In this document: positions 12,645-23,766 of the stretch, piece by piece | Layout of the letters: every line of letters begins with the position of its first letter | Position numbering within the stretch: the stretch's first letter is position 1 | Origin: Flectonema sp. DT1601 | Taxonomy: Eukaryota | DNA length: 64,000 nucleotides | Reading direction: 5' to 3' | Assembly: GCA_964019425.1 (NCBI GenBank) | Contig: OZ025783.1 | Coordinates: 1,240,001 to 1,304,000, forward strand | Notes under the pieces: generated by a model | Seen by the model: only the letters and a program-made list of their open reading frames with translations | Database searches by the model: none | What the model was told of the DNA's origin: nothing | Translations under genes and position numbers: made by a program

Positions 12645-12813
12645 ATCTTCCTGCTATCCTCATATCCCCACAATAATATTATACCTTTTCATTTTCTCTT
12701 TCCTTTTCTGGTCTTTTTTTTTTCTTTTTTTTCCTTTTTCATACAACGTTTTTTATACATTTTTTTTTTTTTTTTTTTCATGTTTGATTATTTCCTCTTC
12801 ATATTTTTTTTTT

Positions 12814-12846
<33 letters not shown>

Positions 12847-13040
12847 TCTCTGCCTCTCTCTTAATTCTGTTCGTTTCTTTGAAACGAAAATTCATTTGAA
12901 TATTATTCCTTGGTCAGCAACCATCATTGTCGCCCTTTGGGCCTGTTAAAAAAAATAAAAAAATAAAAAGAAAGTTTACATCGGGAATAGGGCAGGAGCC
13001 AAAAGCTCCCAGTCCGTTACTTCCCACTTTATCGAAATTC
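11862..13040. repeat. Three repeat units followed by a short (~825 bp) foldback copy with inverted termini at ~12215 and 13040
   Basis: AATTTCGATAAAGTGGGAAG at ~12215 and CTTCCCACTTTATCGAAATTC ending at 13040. Confidence 0.9.
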
Positions 13041-14242
13041 CAATAGCAGTAGGGGAATCACTGCGGAGGTGGGCGTGGAAGATAGTGCTAGCAAAAATAA
13101 GGCCCAAGATACCAAACCTCTTAAAGCCAGGAGGACAGCTGGGGGTGGCGGTACCCAGTGGGGTGGAGGCGGTGTACGCAATAGTACGGGACTACGCGAG
13201 GAGGAACAGGGGGGCCAACAAGGCAATCCTGACCATTGATTTTGAGAACGCTTTTAACTGTGTCTCGAGGGCGGTGTTCCTGCGTGAGCTGGCGTCCACG
13301 CTGCCGGAACTGTTGCCTTTGGCATCGTGGTGTTACGAGAGACCGACGAGCCTCTTTTTTGAGGATACCACGATTCCGTCGAGGGAGGGGGCCCAACAGG
13401 GGGATCCGGCAGGGCCTCTCCTTTTCTCACTCGGGATAAAAAGCCTACTGGAGGGACTCAAGAAGATGGGACTGGATGGAAGCCTCTGGTTCCTAGACGA
13501 TGGAGTGTTGATGGGAGGCGTAGACGAACTAGCGAAGGCGTACGACTACCTGGTTCAAAAGGCATCAAGCCTGGGGCTAAAGGTAAAGGAGGCGAAGTGC
13601 GTATTCGTACCTCTGCGGGTGGGCCTGGAACCGAAGGGGGGCTTGGAGAAGGTGAAACAAGAGTCCGAGGGAAACTTCACCATTCTCAAGCTACCGGTAG
13701 GGAGTGGGAGCTACTGCAAGGAATACCTGCTGCAGTACGTGACGAAGCTGAAGAAAGTAAGCGAGTCACTGACGATGCTACTGGATCGGCACGTAGCGCT
13801 GACCCAGCTACGATACTGCCATTCGTATGGGAAGATGGTATACTTGATGAGGTCAATGTACCTGGAGGACCAGCGATCAGGTCTGGCAGATTTCGACGCG
13901 GTGGTGAGAAGCGTGTTGCGGGGTCTCGTGGGTGGGGATATGGATGAGCGGGCGCACTTACAGGCGGAGCTACCTTTGCGAGAAGGGGGGGTGGGCCTGC
14001 GAAACTGTGGGAGACACGCGGCGGCGGGCAGAGCAGCGTCGGCCACTGCGACGAGGAAACTGTGCGTGGAGCTGGACGCCCAATACCAAGTCGACCCTGA
14101 GGAGTGGAGTGGGGTGTGTAAAGCGCTGACGCTGGAGACCTCGGAGGAGTGCGACCTGGACCTCGATAAGGTAGTGCGACAGAGAGAGCTGTCAATGAAG
14201 ATCGACGCCTTGCTGAAAACGAAGATGGTCAACGACCTTTAA
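13040..14242 (+). mobile_element. CRE-clade (CRE/SLACS/CZAR-like) non-LTR reverse transcriptase fragment, truncated at both ends
   Basis: PIAVGESLRRW at the junction, then QLGVAVPSGVEAV, IDFENAFNCVSR, GAQQGDPAGPLLFSL, WFLDDGVL, LPLREGGVGL. No CCHC or REL domain follows. GC-rich with a purine-rich sense strand. Confidence 0.88.
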
Positions 14243-14249
14243 TCAGACC

Positions 14250-15019
14250 ATTAAAGAAGAACCTGCCACTGCAAGTTTTATAAAAGATGGTAAAGAAATC
14301 TTCCCTGTAGAAGAAGTCAAAATCCACAAAGTAACAAAACTGAAAACGATCGAAAAGCTCACCATTGAAAGATCGTGGCTTGAGAAATGTTTTATCTGGC
14401 AAACTTGTTACGCATCGGCTCTTTCTATTCTACTAATTGCCAATGGTTCTTCCTCCCCGGCCCCTTCTTTTTTGTTAGATGAGGATGAGCTCACTGGACT
14501 CTCCTTGTCATTCTCTTCTATTTCTTCCATCTCTTTCCAGACTCCCCCACCTGAACTCACGTCAACGGGATCGCAAACACTCCCTGCTGATTTTGCTATG
14601 GTGTTAAGATGTCAATCTGACATTGGTTCTCAAACCCCCTTGTACAAAGAAAAAAAAGGAAGATTAAGGCTGAAACTTTCCTTGAAATGCCAGATTTTAG
14701 AAAACGAATTAGAACAAATGAAAGAACGAATTTTTTATGTTCTGTTTTTATTTTACTTTAATGCGATGTCGGCCTCCCTCGAGAAAGACAAGCAGTTACT
14801 AAATGGATTACCTGTTGAGATCAAAGCTACCAACCAGGATCCATCCTCACTTCCTCCTGCGCCCCCTGTTTTAATTATTGAAAAAGATAGAAAAGAATAT
14901 GAACTTCTGGAAGGGGTAATTCAACGGTTAACAGTAGAACGCGATGAATCGAGGACTTCTCTTTCTGCACTAGTTCGACAATATGACTTAGTGGAAGATT
15001 ACAGGAAACGTGAGCTCGC
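14250..15019 (+). pseudogene. Second copy (opposite orientation) of the 3' part of the HERO-like ORF
   Basis: 14250-14577 is the near-exact reverse complement of bases ~1-330 and continues in the same open frame to ...YRKRELA at 15019. Confidence 0.9.
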
Positions 15020-15976
15020 GCGTTATTTGACCAAGATGGCAATATCTGCCTCATCCCGGAGCCTACACACCGAGTTCATTGCATTGCCTCCTGGATTGCG
15101 AAGTACTTTGGCCTCAGTGACTTGCTCCGTTCAATAGTAACGCTGTGCTTCTTCATACGTGGGAATCGGTCGTTTGCTTACTGGCTTCGCAAGAAGCACC
15201 GCATCTCTTTTAGGGCGTGCCCATTTAAAGAGAAGGTTACGAATGGGCGCTTCGGAAGCTTAGCATTTGCATGCTATGTGTTATCATGCCCGCTTCGAGG
15301 TATTCCATTCCTCAGGTGGGTTCTCACATTCTTGCAGCGCAACAAGCGCCTCATCAAGTACTCTCATCGTCGCAGGCGGGCATACGCTTACCTGATGTCT
15401 CTCAGTAACAAGGAAATGGGCAACATCATGGAGTTCATGTGTGCACAATATAGTATTGTGAATGGTGTGCTCAGACGTCTCATCTCATTCTCCCGGAGCA
15501 TCGCACTCCGCGACAACTTCTCCAGTTTTGGGCAGAGGTTGCACGTGACATGTCAGAGGCAACCACAATTGACATCTCATATTTGCTGAATGATCATGGT
15601 CAGGTTGTTACAGAACAGAACAGTCTGAACGAGAATGAGCCCCTCAGTGATTAAACCCACCGCACACGCGATGCGCCGGTCCAAAGTCCGGAACCTCACC
15701 ACAAGCGATGGTCAGGAAGGGTGATGGGTCACAGGGCACAAGCGATGCCCATTTAGTTGTCAAAGAGACATGTATGGCAAACTGAACAGGTTTGACATCG
15801 CACAGCACACCAGCACCAACGGTACCATCTGAATATCACTCACTTTTTTCACTAGAATTCACACATTTTCACACATTTTCACATACATTTTCACACATTT
15901 TCACGGGATTTCACTACCAGAAAGCAGCAAAAAATTAAGTGAAAAATCGTGAAAAATCGTGAACACCTCCACCCTG
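15020..15976 (-). mobile_element. Probable one-ended DNA transposon remnant (hAT-like terminus with subterminal repeats)
   Basis: Minus strand begins CAGGGTGGAGGTGTTCACGATTTTTCACGATTTTTCAC at 15976. Inverted (ACATTTTCAC)n copies lie at ~15858-15905. The interior looks like decayed coding sequence but has no motif I recognise. Confidence 0.45.
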
Positions 15977-16298
15977 CCGATCGCCTCAAAGAGCTTTTTG
16001 GCTAAAAAACATTAAATCTATACTTGCAGTACACAAACGGTTCTGTTCTTTGTCATTACATGTTCTTTACCGCCAGCCAGCGGGGCAATGAGCAGAAAAT
16101 GATTCCGGTGAGGAAGTGCATCCTCCTCACTCCTGATATATTGTTTGCCACTGGCTGCACAGATGAGATCTTTCACAACAGAACCATGTGCGTTGTCTGT
16201 GATTCTGGATGCATCCCATTGTGTGAGGGAAGAAGATCGTTTTGAGTCACAACTGTTAGCTCCTGTCAACCTACATTTCTTCCCACAGTCACTATATA

Positions 16299-17300
16299 AT
16301 GTATGATCTTGTGATAGTAGGTGGCGGGTTAAGCTCACTTGTTGTAGCATATGAGTTTCTAGTCCACTCGTTAGGGTCCGTATTGATATTAGAAGCAGCA
16401 AGCAAATTGGGAGGTAGGTTGCAAATGACTGATGAAGGCATTGACATGGGGGCTGCGTGGGTGTGGGAGAATGATAACCCACTTGTCATGCAGTTATTAA
16501 AAACGCTGTCATTAAAAACAATGTTGCAGCCGGGTACCCATCCAGGTATGAAACAAAATCGAGTAGTGGGAGGTGCGGCACTTATGGCACACAGGCTGTC
16601 CGATATTATTAAATCAAAGGATGATGGCAACATCAAAATAGAGTCACAAGTAACAAAAGTTTCCTTGGACGAGAAAACAGGTCACATTGTGACAACTATC
16701 AAAGATGGTACCGAGTACATATCAAAACATGTTGTTATTGGCACACCGCCACGTATTGCAAAAAAAATAAATTTTACACCCGAGTTGTCGGCTGGAAAGC
16801 GGAAGGCAGCAGACAACACACCAGCATGGATGTCAAAAGTTGGGAAAATAGTTTTGAAGTACGATGATAAGTGGTGGGATGATTATGAGGCTTTCGGTTC
16901 TTTACCAGCCGATGGTCCTGGCTTTCAAATGTATGACGCCTCTATGACCTCAGCCAATGCGTTAGTGTTATTTTGTCAGTCGCCCCCTGCAGTAAACGAA
17001 GACGGCCTTAAGAAGCTAATCATTCAGCAGCTTACCAGTTCTTTTGGAAGCAAGGCATCTACCCCTAGTGATATATCTCTGACCATTTGGGCGAGAAATC
17101 CATTTATTAATGAAAACCCAAATGATTTCAAAATGTTTCACCTTCCTCCAAACAAAGATTTATCGACTCCAGAGTGGAACTCGAAGTTGTTGTTTGCTGG
17201 GGCTGAGGCGGCCAGACGTCATCCCGGCTACATTGAGGGTGCTCTTGAATCAGCATATGCTGTTATGAATGATCTTCATTCTCAGTGCAGTGCTAATTAG
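16299..17300 (+). CDS. Flavin-containing monoamine/amine oxidase family protein
   Basis: DLVIVGGGLSSL FAD motif, LEAASKLGGR, DMGAAWVW, C-terminal LLFAGAE...GYIEGALES; 333 aa, intronless. Confidence 0.9.
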   Translation: MYDLVIVGGGLSSLVVAYEFLVHSLGSVLILEAASKLGGRLQMTDEGIDMGAAWVWENDNPLVMQLLKTLSLKTMLQPGTHPGMKQNRVVGGAALMAHRLSDIIKSKDDGNIKIESQVTKVSLDEKTGHIVTTIKDGTEYISKHVVIGTPPRIAKKINFTPELSAGKRKAADNTPAWMSKVGKIVLKYDDKWWDDYEAFGSLPADGPGFQMYDASMTSANALVLFCQSPPAVNEDGLKKLIIQQLTSSFGSKASTPSDISLTIWARNPFINENPNDFKMFHLPPNKDLSTPEWNSKLLFAGAEAARRHPGYIEGALESAYAVMNDLHSQCSAN

Positions 17301-17884
17301 ATGTGTTGTCGGTTCTTTACAGATAAATCTGAATTTCTCGTGAGTTTTCCTCCATCTGATAACAAGGAGGATTCTTAAATCTCTCTCTCTTTCCCTCTGT
17401 TCGATTTCTTCGGAGTGAGTCTATTCTAATTGAATATCGTGTGATAAAAATGCTAAAAAAAAGGGAAACCCTCTATTTCCAAAGAGTTTACCTAGGTCGC
17501 TGATGGTTAATTGCAAAGTTTCGAAAAACTGCCAAGAAGGCAACAGTTCTATGTGCCCTGCACATTTTAATAAAACTTCTCGAGACTGAAAACACCATCA
17601 GTAACTGAAGTACTACCCAATTTGATCCGTTTTATAAGTGAAACATAACTTGTGTGGAGCTGGCGGTTTTCGAAACTTTGTGTTGAATTTCAGGATTTTG
17701 AACAAACTTTGGGGGTTTTCCAGTGTATTTTCTGTGGGGAGCCTAAAATTCTCCGAAAAAGGAAATTCATCTTTGTGCCATGTATGAATTCTCTAAAAAA
17801 AAAAAAAAACGACAATACATATCAGCTCGTGGTTGTTGAGTTACTGTACTCAGAAACATATTCTCCATACAGGTATAGAAAATA

Positions 17885-18583
17885 ATGTCAGTATCAGTCG
17901 ATGGTGGGACAAGTGTTTCTGCTACCCCCCGTCTATTCGAAGAATCAATTCCATTAACTAAACTCGAATTGTTGCAACTGGCAGCAGAAGAAGGAGACTT
18001 TCAAGGATTGGTAAGTCTGTTGAATGATAAAAACGTGAACCACTCAGATCCGGTGGCAGGATTAACTCTCCTCTCCATTGCGTCTAGTCAAGGTCACACG
18101 GATATCGTAAAGTATCTCCTTGAACGTGGAGCTGGTCCCGAGATTTCTGACACCAGCGGTTACACATCTCTTCATAGAGCTGTTTGGAATAATCAATTAG
18201 ATGTAGTAAAGCTTCTTTGTGAATATGGAGCCTCACCTGAGAATCCTGGTAGTAAAAATGCTGGATCGGTAATAGGGTTAGCTTGCGTGAAAGATCACCG
18301 CGAAATAGTAAAGTATTTGTTGTTGTTCCAAAATTCAATTATCAATGTTGTTGATCGCACGGGTCGTTCTCCCCTCAGCTATGCCGCTATGTCAGGAAAT
18401 GTTTCTCTGGTTGAGTTTCTGCTTCAGAATGGCTCAATTCCAACTCAGGGAAATGCAATACCACTTTGCAACGCTAGAGCTCAGAATGCCACCACTCAAT
18501 CGCAACAACAGCTATACAGAACTATGTTAGCCCTCTTTGCTAAATACGCAGATTTTGGAAGCTCACTTGCTGGAATACAATAA
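17885..18583 (+). CDS. Ankyrin-repeat protein
   Basis: About 4-5 ankyrin repeats (GLTLLSIASSQGHTDIVKYLLERGA, GYTSLHRAV..VVKLLCEYGA, GRSPLSYAAMSGN..VEFLLQNG). Confidence 0.92.
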   Translation: MSVSVDGGTSVSATPRLFEESIPLTKLELLQLAAEEGDFQGLVSLLNDKNVNHSDPVAGLTLLSIASSQGHTDIVKYLLERGAGPEISDTSGYTSLHRAVWNNQLDVVKLLCEYGASPENPGSKNAGSVIGLACVKDHREIVKYLLLFQNSIINVVDRTGRSPLSYAAMSGNVSLVEFLLQNGSIPTQGNAIPLCNARAQNATTQSQQQLYRTMLALFAKYADFGSSLAGIQ

Positions 18584-19084
18584 ATGTTTAAAACTTACAG
18601 TCTTGTTGTCATCTCCTTCCGGAGATGGCTGTTTACACTTCACTCGCCTCCTCACTTGCTGTTTGGTACATGTTTCGGGGTTTTTGTTGAAGCCAAGAAA
18701 CCTAAGTACTGACACAGAAAACATTATTGCCACAGATACGTGGGATTACTCTCCTTATAGTTTCCGTTTTTTCAGTCGTCAATTACACTATAGGTGAACA
18801 CCTCAATTGTATTTTCCCTCTTATTATCTATCAGTTTTTAGAACCGTGAAAATAGGTTCTTAATATTGATGGTTAGAGAAAATGTATTTTTCTTTCTACA
18901 GGTTAACACTCGTATGTATTGGTTTGTTACATAAACTGTTTTGTATTACTGTAAAAAGGGTACATGAAAACGTCTCATTCATATTTAGATCTTAGCGACG
19001 TCAGTTTATTTTCGCAGTATCCACAGGCATTGAAGCCATTGTGTCTCCAACGACAAAACAATTCTTCGAAACGATAGTTTGAAA

Positions 19085-20359
19085 ATGAAGCGGCCGGAAT
19101 GTAATTCCGAAGCTGCTCCCGTTCGGTACGCACCCGACGACAAGTGTGAGCAAAAAACTCAACGAGGATGGAAACAGATGCTGGGATTTTGCTTTTTAGC
19201 GAGTGTGATTTGCTACGTAGACAGAACTAATATGAGTGTCGCAATGGTACCTGTATCAAAACAATACAATTGGGACAAGAGTACTCAAGGATGGATATTC
19301 GCAGGATTTTTTATTGGATACGCTTTAACTCAAATACCTGGTGGCATTCTAAGTGGTAGGTTGGGAGGTCCTCAGGTAGTTCTCGCAGCAGTTGGGTTAT
19401 GGTCCTTGTTCACACTGATAACTCCATTTTGCGCTCACGATTTAACACTTGTCATGATTGCTAGAATAGGGCTTGGGATGGGTGAAGGAGCAGCCATGCC
19501 TGCATTTCACAACATCGCCAGTAATTGGTATCCAAAAGAAAATCGAGCACTATGCGTATCCATAGTTGCTGCTGCAATGCAGATTGGTGTAGTCGTGTCT
19601 TTGTTACTATCTCCTGTTGTTGCAGTAAGTTGGGAGCTTGTATTCATTGGCTGTGGTATTGCTGGTTTTATTTGGTGCTTTGCCTTCCGCATGTTCCCAC
19701 CTGAGAATGCCTTTACTCCTCCTCCACAACTTCAAGGACACTCCGTTCCTTGGAGGTTGTTGTTGTCAAAGAAGGCTTTTTGGGCGATTTATATTTCTCA
19801 TTTTGGTGGTAATTTCGGATTCTATATTCTGATTTCATGGTTACCTGAGTACTTTATCTTTTTAGGAGTTCCTTTGGATCAAGTTGGTAAATTCGCTGTA
19901 CCAGCGTACCTCAGTGCAGCATGTTCAGCCTATGCAGCGGGGTGGTTAAGCGACCGATTGATATCTAAAGGTTGGGAAGTTTTGACCGTCAGGCGATCAA
20001 TCTTAGCATTTGCTTTGGGTGGTGCTGCTACATCTCTGTTTGCAGCAACGCTACTAAGCGCGGATCAAGTCACTCCCTTCAGGATGACTGTTTTATTCTG
20101 TTTTGCTCTAACTTGCCATGGTTGCCACAGTGCAGGTAATATGGTGAATATCCTCGATGTTGCTCCTCGATATGCAGGTGAAACTCACGGGATTTCAAAC
20201 ACTTTCGCTACCCTAGCTGGAGTTATTGGAAATGTTTATGTTGGATACATACTGCCGACATTTGGATGGTCAACAGTTTTCTTATCTGCTGTTGTTGTTT
20301 ATGTTATTTCTTTAATGTTCTTTCTTTGTTGGTCAAAAGCAGTTGACCTTACCGAATGA
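19085..20359 (+). CDS. MFS anion:cation symporter (SLC17/PHT4-like)
   Basis: ICYVDRTNMSVA, FFIGYALTQIPGG, ARIGLGMGEG, SWLPEYF, LDVAPRYAG..GISNTFATLAG; ~12 hydrophobic segments. Confidence 0.92.
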   Translation: MKRPECNSEAAPVRYAPDDKCEQKTQRGWKQMLGFCFLASVICYVDRTNMSVAMVPVSKQYNWDKSTQGWIFAGFFIGYALTQIPGGILSGRLGGPQVVLAAVGLWSLFTLITPFCAHDLTLVMIARIGLGMGEGAAMPAFHNIASNWYPKENRALCVSIVAAAMQIGVVVSLLLSPVVAVSWELVFIGCGIAGFIWCFAFRMFPPENAFTPPPQLQGHSVPWRLLLSKKAFWAIYISHFGGNFGFYILISWLPEYFIFLGVPLDQVGKFAVPAYLSAACSAYAAGWLSDRLISKGWEVLTVRRSILAFALGGAATSLFAATLLSADQVTPFRMTVLFCFALTCHGCHSAGNMVNILDVAPRYAGETHGISNTFATLAGVIGNVYVGYILPTFGWSTVFLSAVVVYVISLMFFLCWSKAVDLTE

Positions 20360-20864
20360 GAGCATCGGAAAAGGTTGCGGAAATACACTTTTCGGGATGT
20401 ATTTAAATTCGTCTTTACGAGGTTTTGAGTTACCGTACGTGAAAGGATTAAAAAAATATTGGATTGGTAGGCGCTGTTCTACTTTACAGTCCGTCGTTTT
20501 TGCGTATGCATATTATGTGTTTGCAGCAGAGGTTGGATTGATGTAAAAGAAAAAAAAAGGAACTTGCTTTTTTAAATGACCATATTCAACCAATGTACCC
20601 ACTACAACTATGTTCTGAGTGAGTCGTAATGAAAAGTAGTCCTTTCGCTTCTTTATGTCAGTCTGAGATATGCTCAAAACAAAGTTTCATTTCATGATAT
20701 AAGATTGTTTTCATTGTGTAGTTCTTTTCATCATCCAGTGTGCTGCAGCCAATAGACATGAAGTAGTAAAGAAGGTTAAACAGTTATAAAGTAACCCCCC
20801 ACACACAAGAATAGAATGTTTTACTTTGGGTGAAGCCATTAGTTTTCTGCATAGCTCTATTAAC

Positions 20865-21639
20865 ATGTCATCGATCTCATGCAATCGAAGTTGCTACGGG
20901 TCACTCCCGACAGAGATGGTCGGAGAGGTATTAGGATGGCTTCCAGAGTTTGGTACCACAGATAAAGCATTGTCGGTATGCAAGAAATGGAATACCATAT
21001 TAAGAAATAATCTACTAAAAGAAATCATGGAACAAGCTGATGAGATTGATTGTTGTGACTTAAAACCATTTTTTCACTGCTCTCCGGCCCTGAGAAGAGG
21101 TATGAGTGCACAACTATTGGACCTCGTCCTTTGTGATATGAGCAAATGGAAAGCTGGGGACTCAAAGTGTCGAGATCTTACGAACTGTATTTATAATAGT
21201 AATATTTTACTAGCCCTCGAATGGTTGTCGTATTTGATCGCTTTTAATACCATCGCAACGGAAAAACAACAATTTCAGGTTGGTGATGTTGTGAAGCATC
21301 TGCTTTTCAGAGAGGCAGGCATGGTGGTCCGCGTCCACGATCAGTATGTTTCTTTTTTAAATTTTTTTTTTAAAAATTATTTTTTTTTAAAAACACTGAA
21401 ACACCTACAGCTGTAAAATGCCTCCCCAATGGATAGCTGCAAATGTCGGTGACATTAATCACCCATTTATTAGAGAACGTTGGTATGATATTCTACTTGA
21501 TGAGAGGTGTGGGGGCTTCATCCGTCATGGAGCTCACCGTTATCACGTAGCCGTAAATCAGGATATAATGATAGACCAGCCTAACTTCCCATTCACTTTT
21601 AACAAAGATAGCGGTAGGTATGAATTAGTAGAAGAATAG
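20865..21639 (+). CDS. F-box-like + YccV/HspQ (hemimethylated-DNA-binding-like) domain protein; exons 20865-21343, 21411-21639
   Basis: LPTEMVGEVLGWLP..LSVCKKW F-box-like motif. FQVGDVVKH..G.VV..DHC....W.....WYDIL spans a 67-nt GT-AG intron (21344-21410) that joins two ORFs in frame. Confidence 0.75.
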
Positions 21640-21970
21640 AGATACTTGTGGTTAGTTGAGGGGTTAACGCATTTAAGGGGTTCTCAGGGGAATTTAATAA
21701 AAAAATATTAAAGTCTCGCATGTTTTGCGATTTCCTATAATAACATCTTTTCTCCTGAGCAGAAAGATTCTGACAAATTTTAAGTATTGAAAACCGTCTT
21801 TAGTTATTAAGTCCACATGTAGAACTGGTGGTAACATCGTTATTTTCTTTTTTTGTTTTCCCCTCATACAAACAACAACACAAATCCAAGTCTTACTGAA
21901 ACTAATTCATAAATAATTGTGTATAAACATATTTATCGATTGTCAATATTATTTCTTTCAGGATACCAAA

Positions 21971-23560
21971 ATGTCAGGAGGTGTACCCTCATGGGGTATG
22001 CGCCCCATACCAACTCCGAATATGGAAACGTTAAGTGGAAGGACAACACCAAATGATTTTAACAGAGAGCGGGACCGATTGACTCCCAGAGCCGGTAGTG
22101 CCAGTGGAAGAACATTCTCATCTGAAACCAGAAGTATGAACCCGACTTGTCCAGCGATATTTATACCTGGCACGACTATGACAAAGGAAGATGTCGATCT
22201 GCTGGAGACGAGATATGAAAGTCAATTAGCTGACTCAAGAGCTCACATAATCGAACTTGATGAACAGGTCCACGAACAGGGTCAACTTATCAGAGATTTA
22301 ACTCACGAATTGGAGCGCTTTCGAGGTCGTGAAGAAACATCAATTCACGAACAGAGAGGAATGTCAGCTCAGAGAATGGAGTTGGCGTCTCAGAATGAGA
22401 GTTTACAAACCCTGTTGGATTCTTGTGAGAAGGAATTGATTGAAAAAGAAAAATCTGTTGATAAATTAAAATTACAAAACAGAGAATTAGCAGACTTACT
22501 TGAACAGACACGCGGTAATCTCGAGGCTGAAACGAGTGAAGCCAACCTCCTCCGAACTGAAGTACAACGGCTTGATTTTGAAATTTCAGAATCGAAATTA
22601 CAACTTGATCACGCAGCAGGTGTTCAACGAAGCCACGATTTATACAAAGCAACTCACGACAAGTTTACTAAGGAAGGTTCATTGTCTTCACAATTAGCTT
22701 CTTCTGTTGATTTATTGAAAACTGAATTACAAGATGCTGAACAAAGAATAATTGACATTGAGAAAACAAGAATTAGAGAGATCCAATCGATCCACAAAAG
22801 TCAAGTATCTCTAATTGACACGATATCTGAAATAATGAGAAGTGTTAGAGAACTGTCCTCAAACGCTGTAGACACACCAACCGAAAGGGTAACTGGTGAT
22901 GAAGAATGGTTAAAAAACGTTCAATCCATGAGAGAAGCCCTCCAATTTATAGACGTAGCCGCCCCTACTCCTTACTTAAAAAAAATTGCCAGCCTAACAG
23001 CACATGGTAATCTCTCAGGTGTTGATTTAGTGACATTAAAAGAAGAAATTGAAGCTATTCAGAGATCACAACAAACTGGCGCACCGCCACCTGAATTCTT
23101 AAATTCTGCGAATAACGGAATTCGACAGGTTTTGTCTGCTGCTAGAGACTCACTGCTGCTGTGTAAGAGGGAGCTACAGCATACTGCTTCACAGCAAGTT
23201 GTGAATAATAAAAAAGTTATGGAACTTGATGATGAGATAAGACGGGTTAAATCAAAGCATGCACCCCTTCTAAACCAACTTCACCGACTTGGTGATCAAC
23301 TCAACAAACATCAGCAAGAGGCGGGTGCGAAAAGTGTTTTGTTGGAGCGGGAGAAACAATACACTCGAGAGTTGCAAGATGCGACCGATGCTTTTGGAAA
23401 GGAGGAAGCAGAACTTCAACAAAAGCTATCTGACGCACATCAAGAAAATAAAAAAATGAAAAGTTTTATGGCTAAACTACAAATTGCTGATGTTCCTCAA
23501 TTGCATACCTTGCTGGCGACTGCTGCCAGTTCAACTCAACCAACCCCTGCCTCAAATTAA
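21971..23560 (+). CDS. Long coiled-coil protein, function unknown
   Basis: ~529-aa ORF with an E/L/Q-rich heptad pattern; ATG ~10 nt after a pyrimidine-CAG site. Confidence 0.85.
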   Translation: MSGGVPSWGMRPIPTPNMETLSGRTTPNDFNRERDRLTPRAGSASGRTFSSETRSMNPTCPAIFIPGTTMTKEDVDLLETRYESQLADSRAHIIELDEQVHEQGQLIRDLTHELERFRGREETSIHEQRGMSAQRMELASQNESLQTLLDSCEKELIEKEKSVDKLKLQNRELADLLEQTRGNLEAETSEANLLRTEVQRLDFEISESKLQLDHAAGVQRSHDLYKATHDKFTKEGSLSSQLASSVDLLKTELQDAEQRIIDIEKTRIREIQSIHKSQVSLIDTISEIMRSVRELSSNAVDTPTERVTGDEEWLKNVQSMREALQFIDVAAPTPYLKKIASLTAHGNLSGVDLVTLKEEIEAIQRSQQTGAPPPEFLNSANNGIRQVLSAARDSLLLCKRELQHTASQQVVNNKKVMELDDEIRRVKSKHAPLLNQLHRLGDQLNKHQQEAGAKSVLLEREKQYTRELQDATDAFGKEEAELQQKLSDAHQENKKMKSFMAKLQIADVPQLHTLLATAASSTQPTPASN

Positions 23561-23766
23561 TCTCACTAATAGATAGCCACTTTTATACTTTAGTTTTGTT
23601 ATACAAATTTATAGATTTCACATAGACTACCCAGTATTTTTAATGTAGTAATCCAACGTTTTGTTTAATTATCATTTTTTTTTGTTTTTTCCCTTCTCAG
23701 ATACACAACAAAATTAGACGTGGTAATATATAACAGGTGAATAAATAAGATTTTTTATTTAATAAG

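Noticed and set aside
16024..16245. Possible orphan 3' exon next to the transposon end
   Set aside because: Short, no motif and no supported start.
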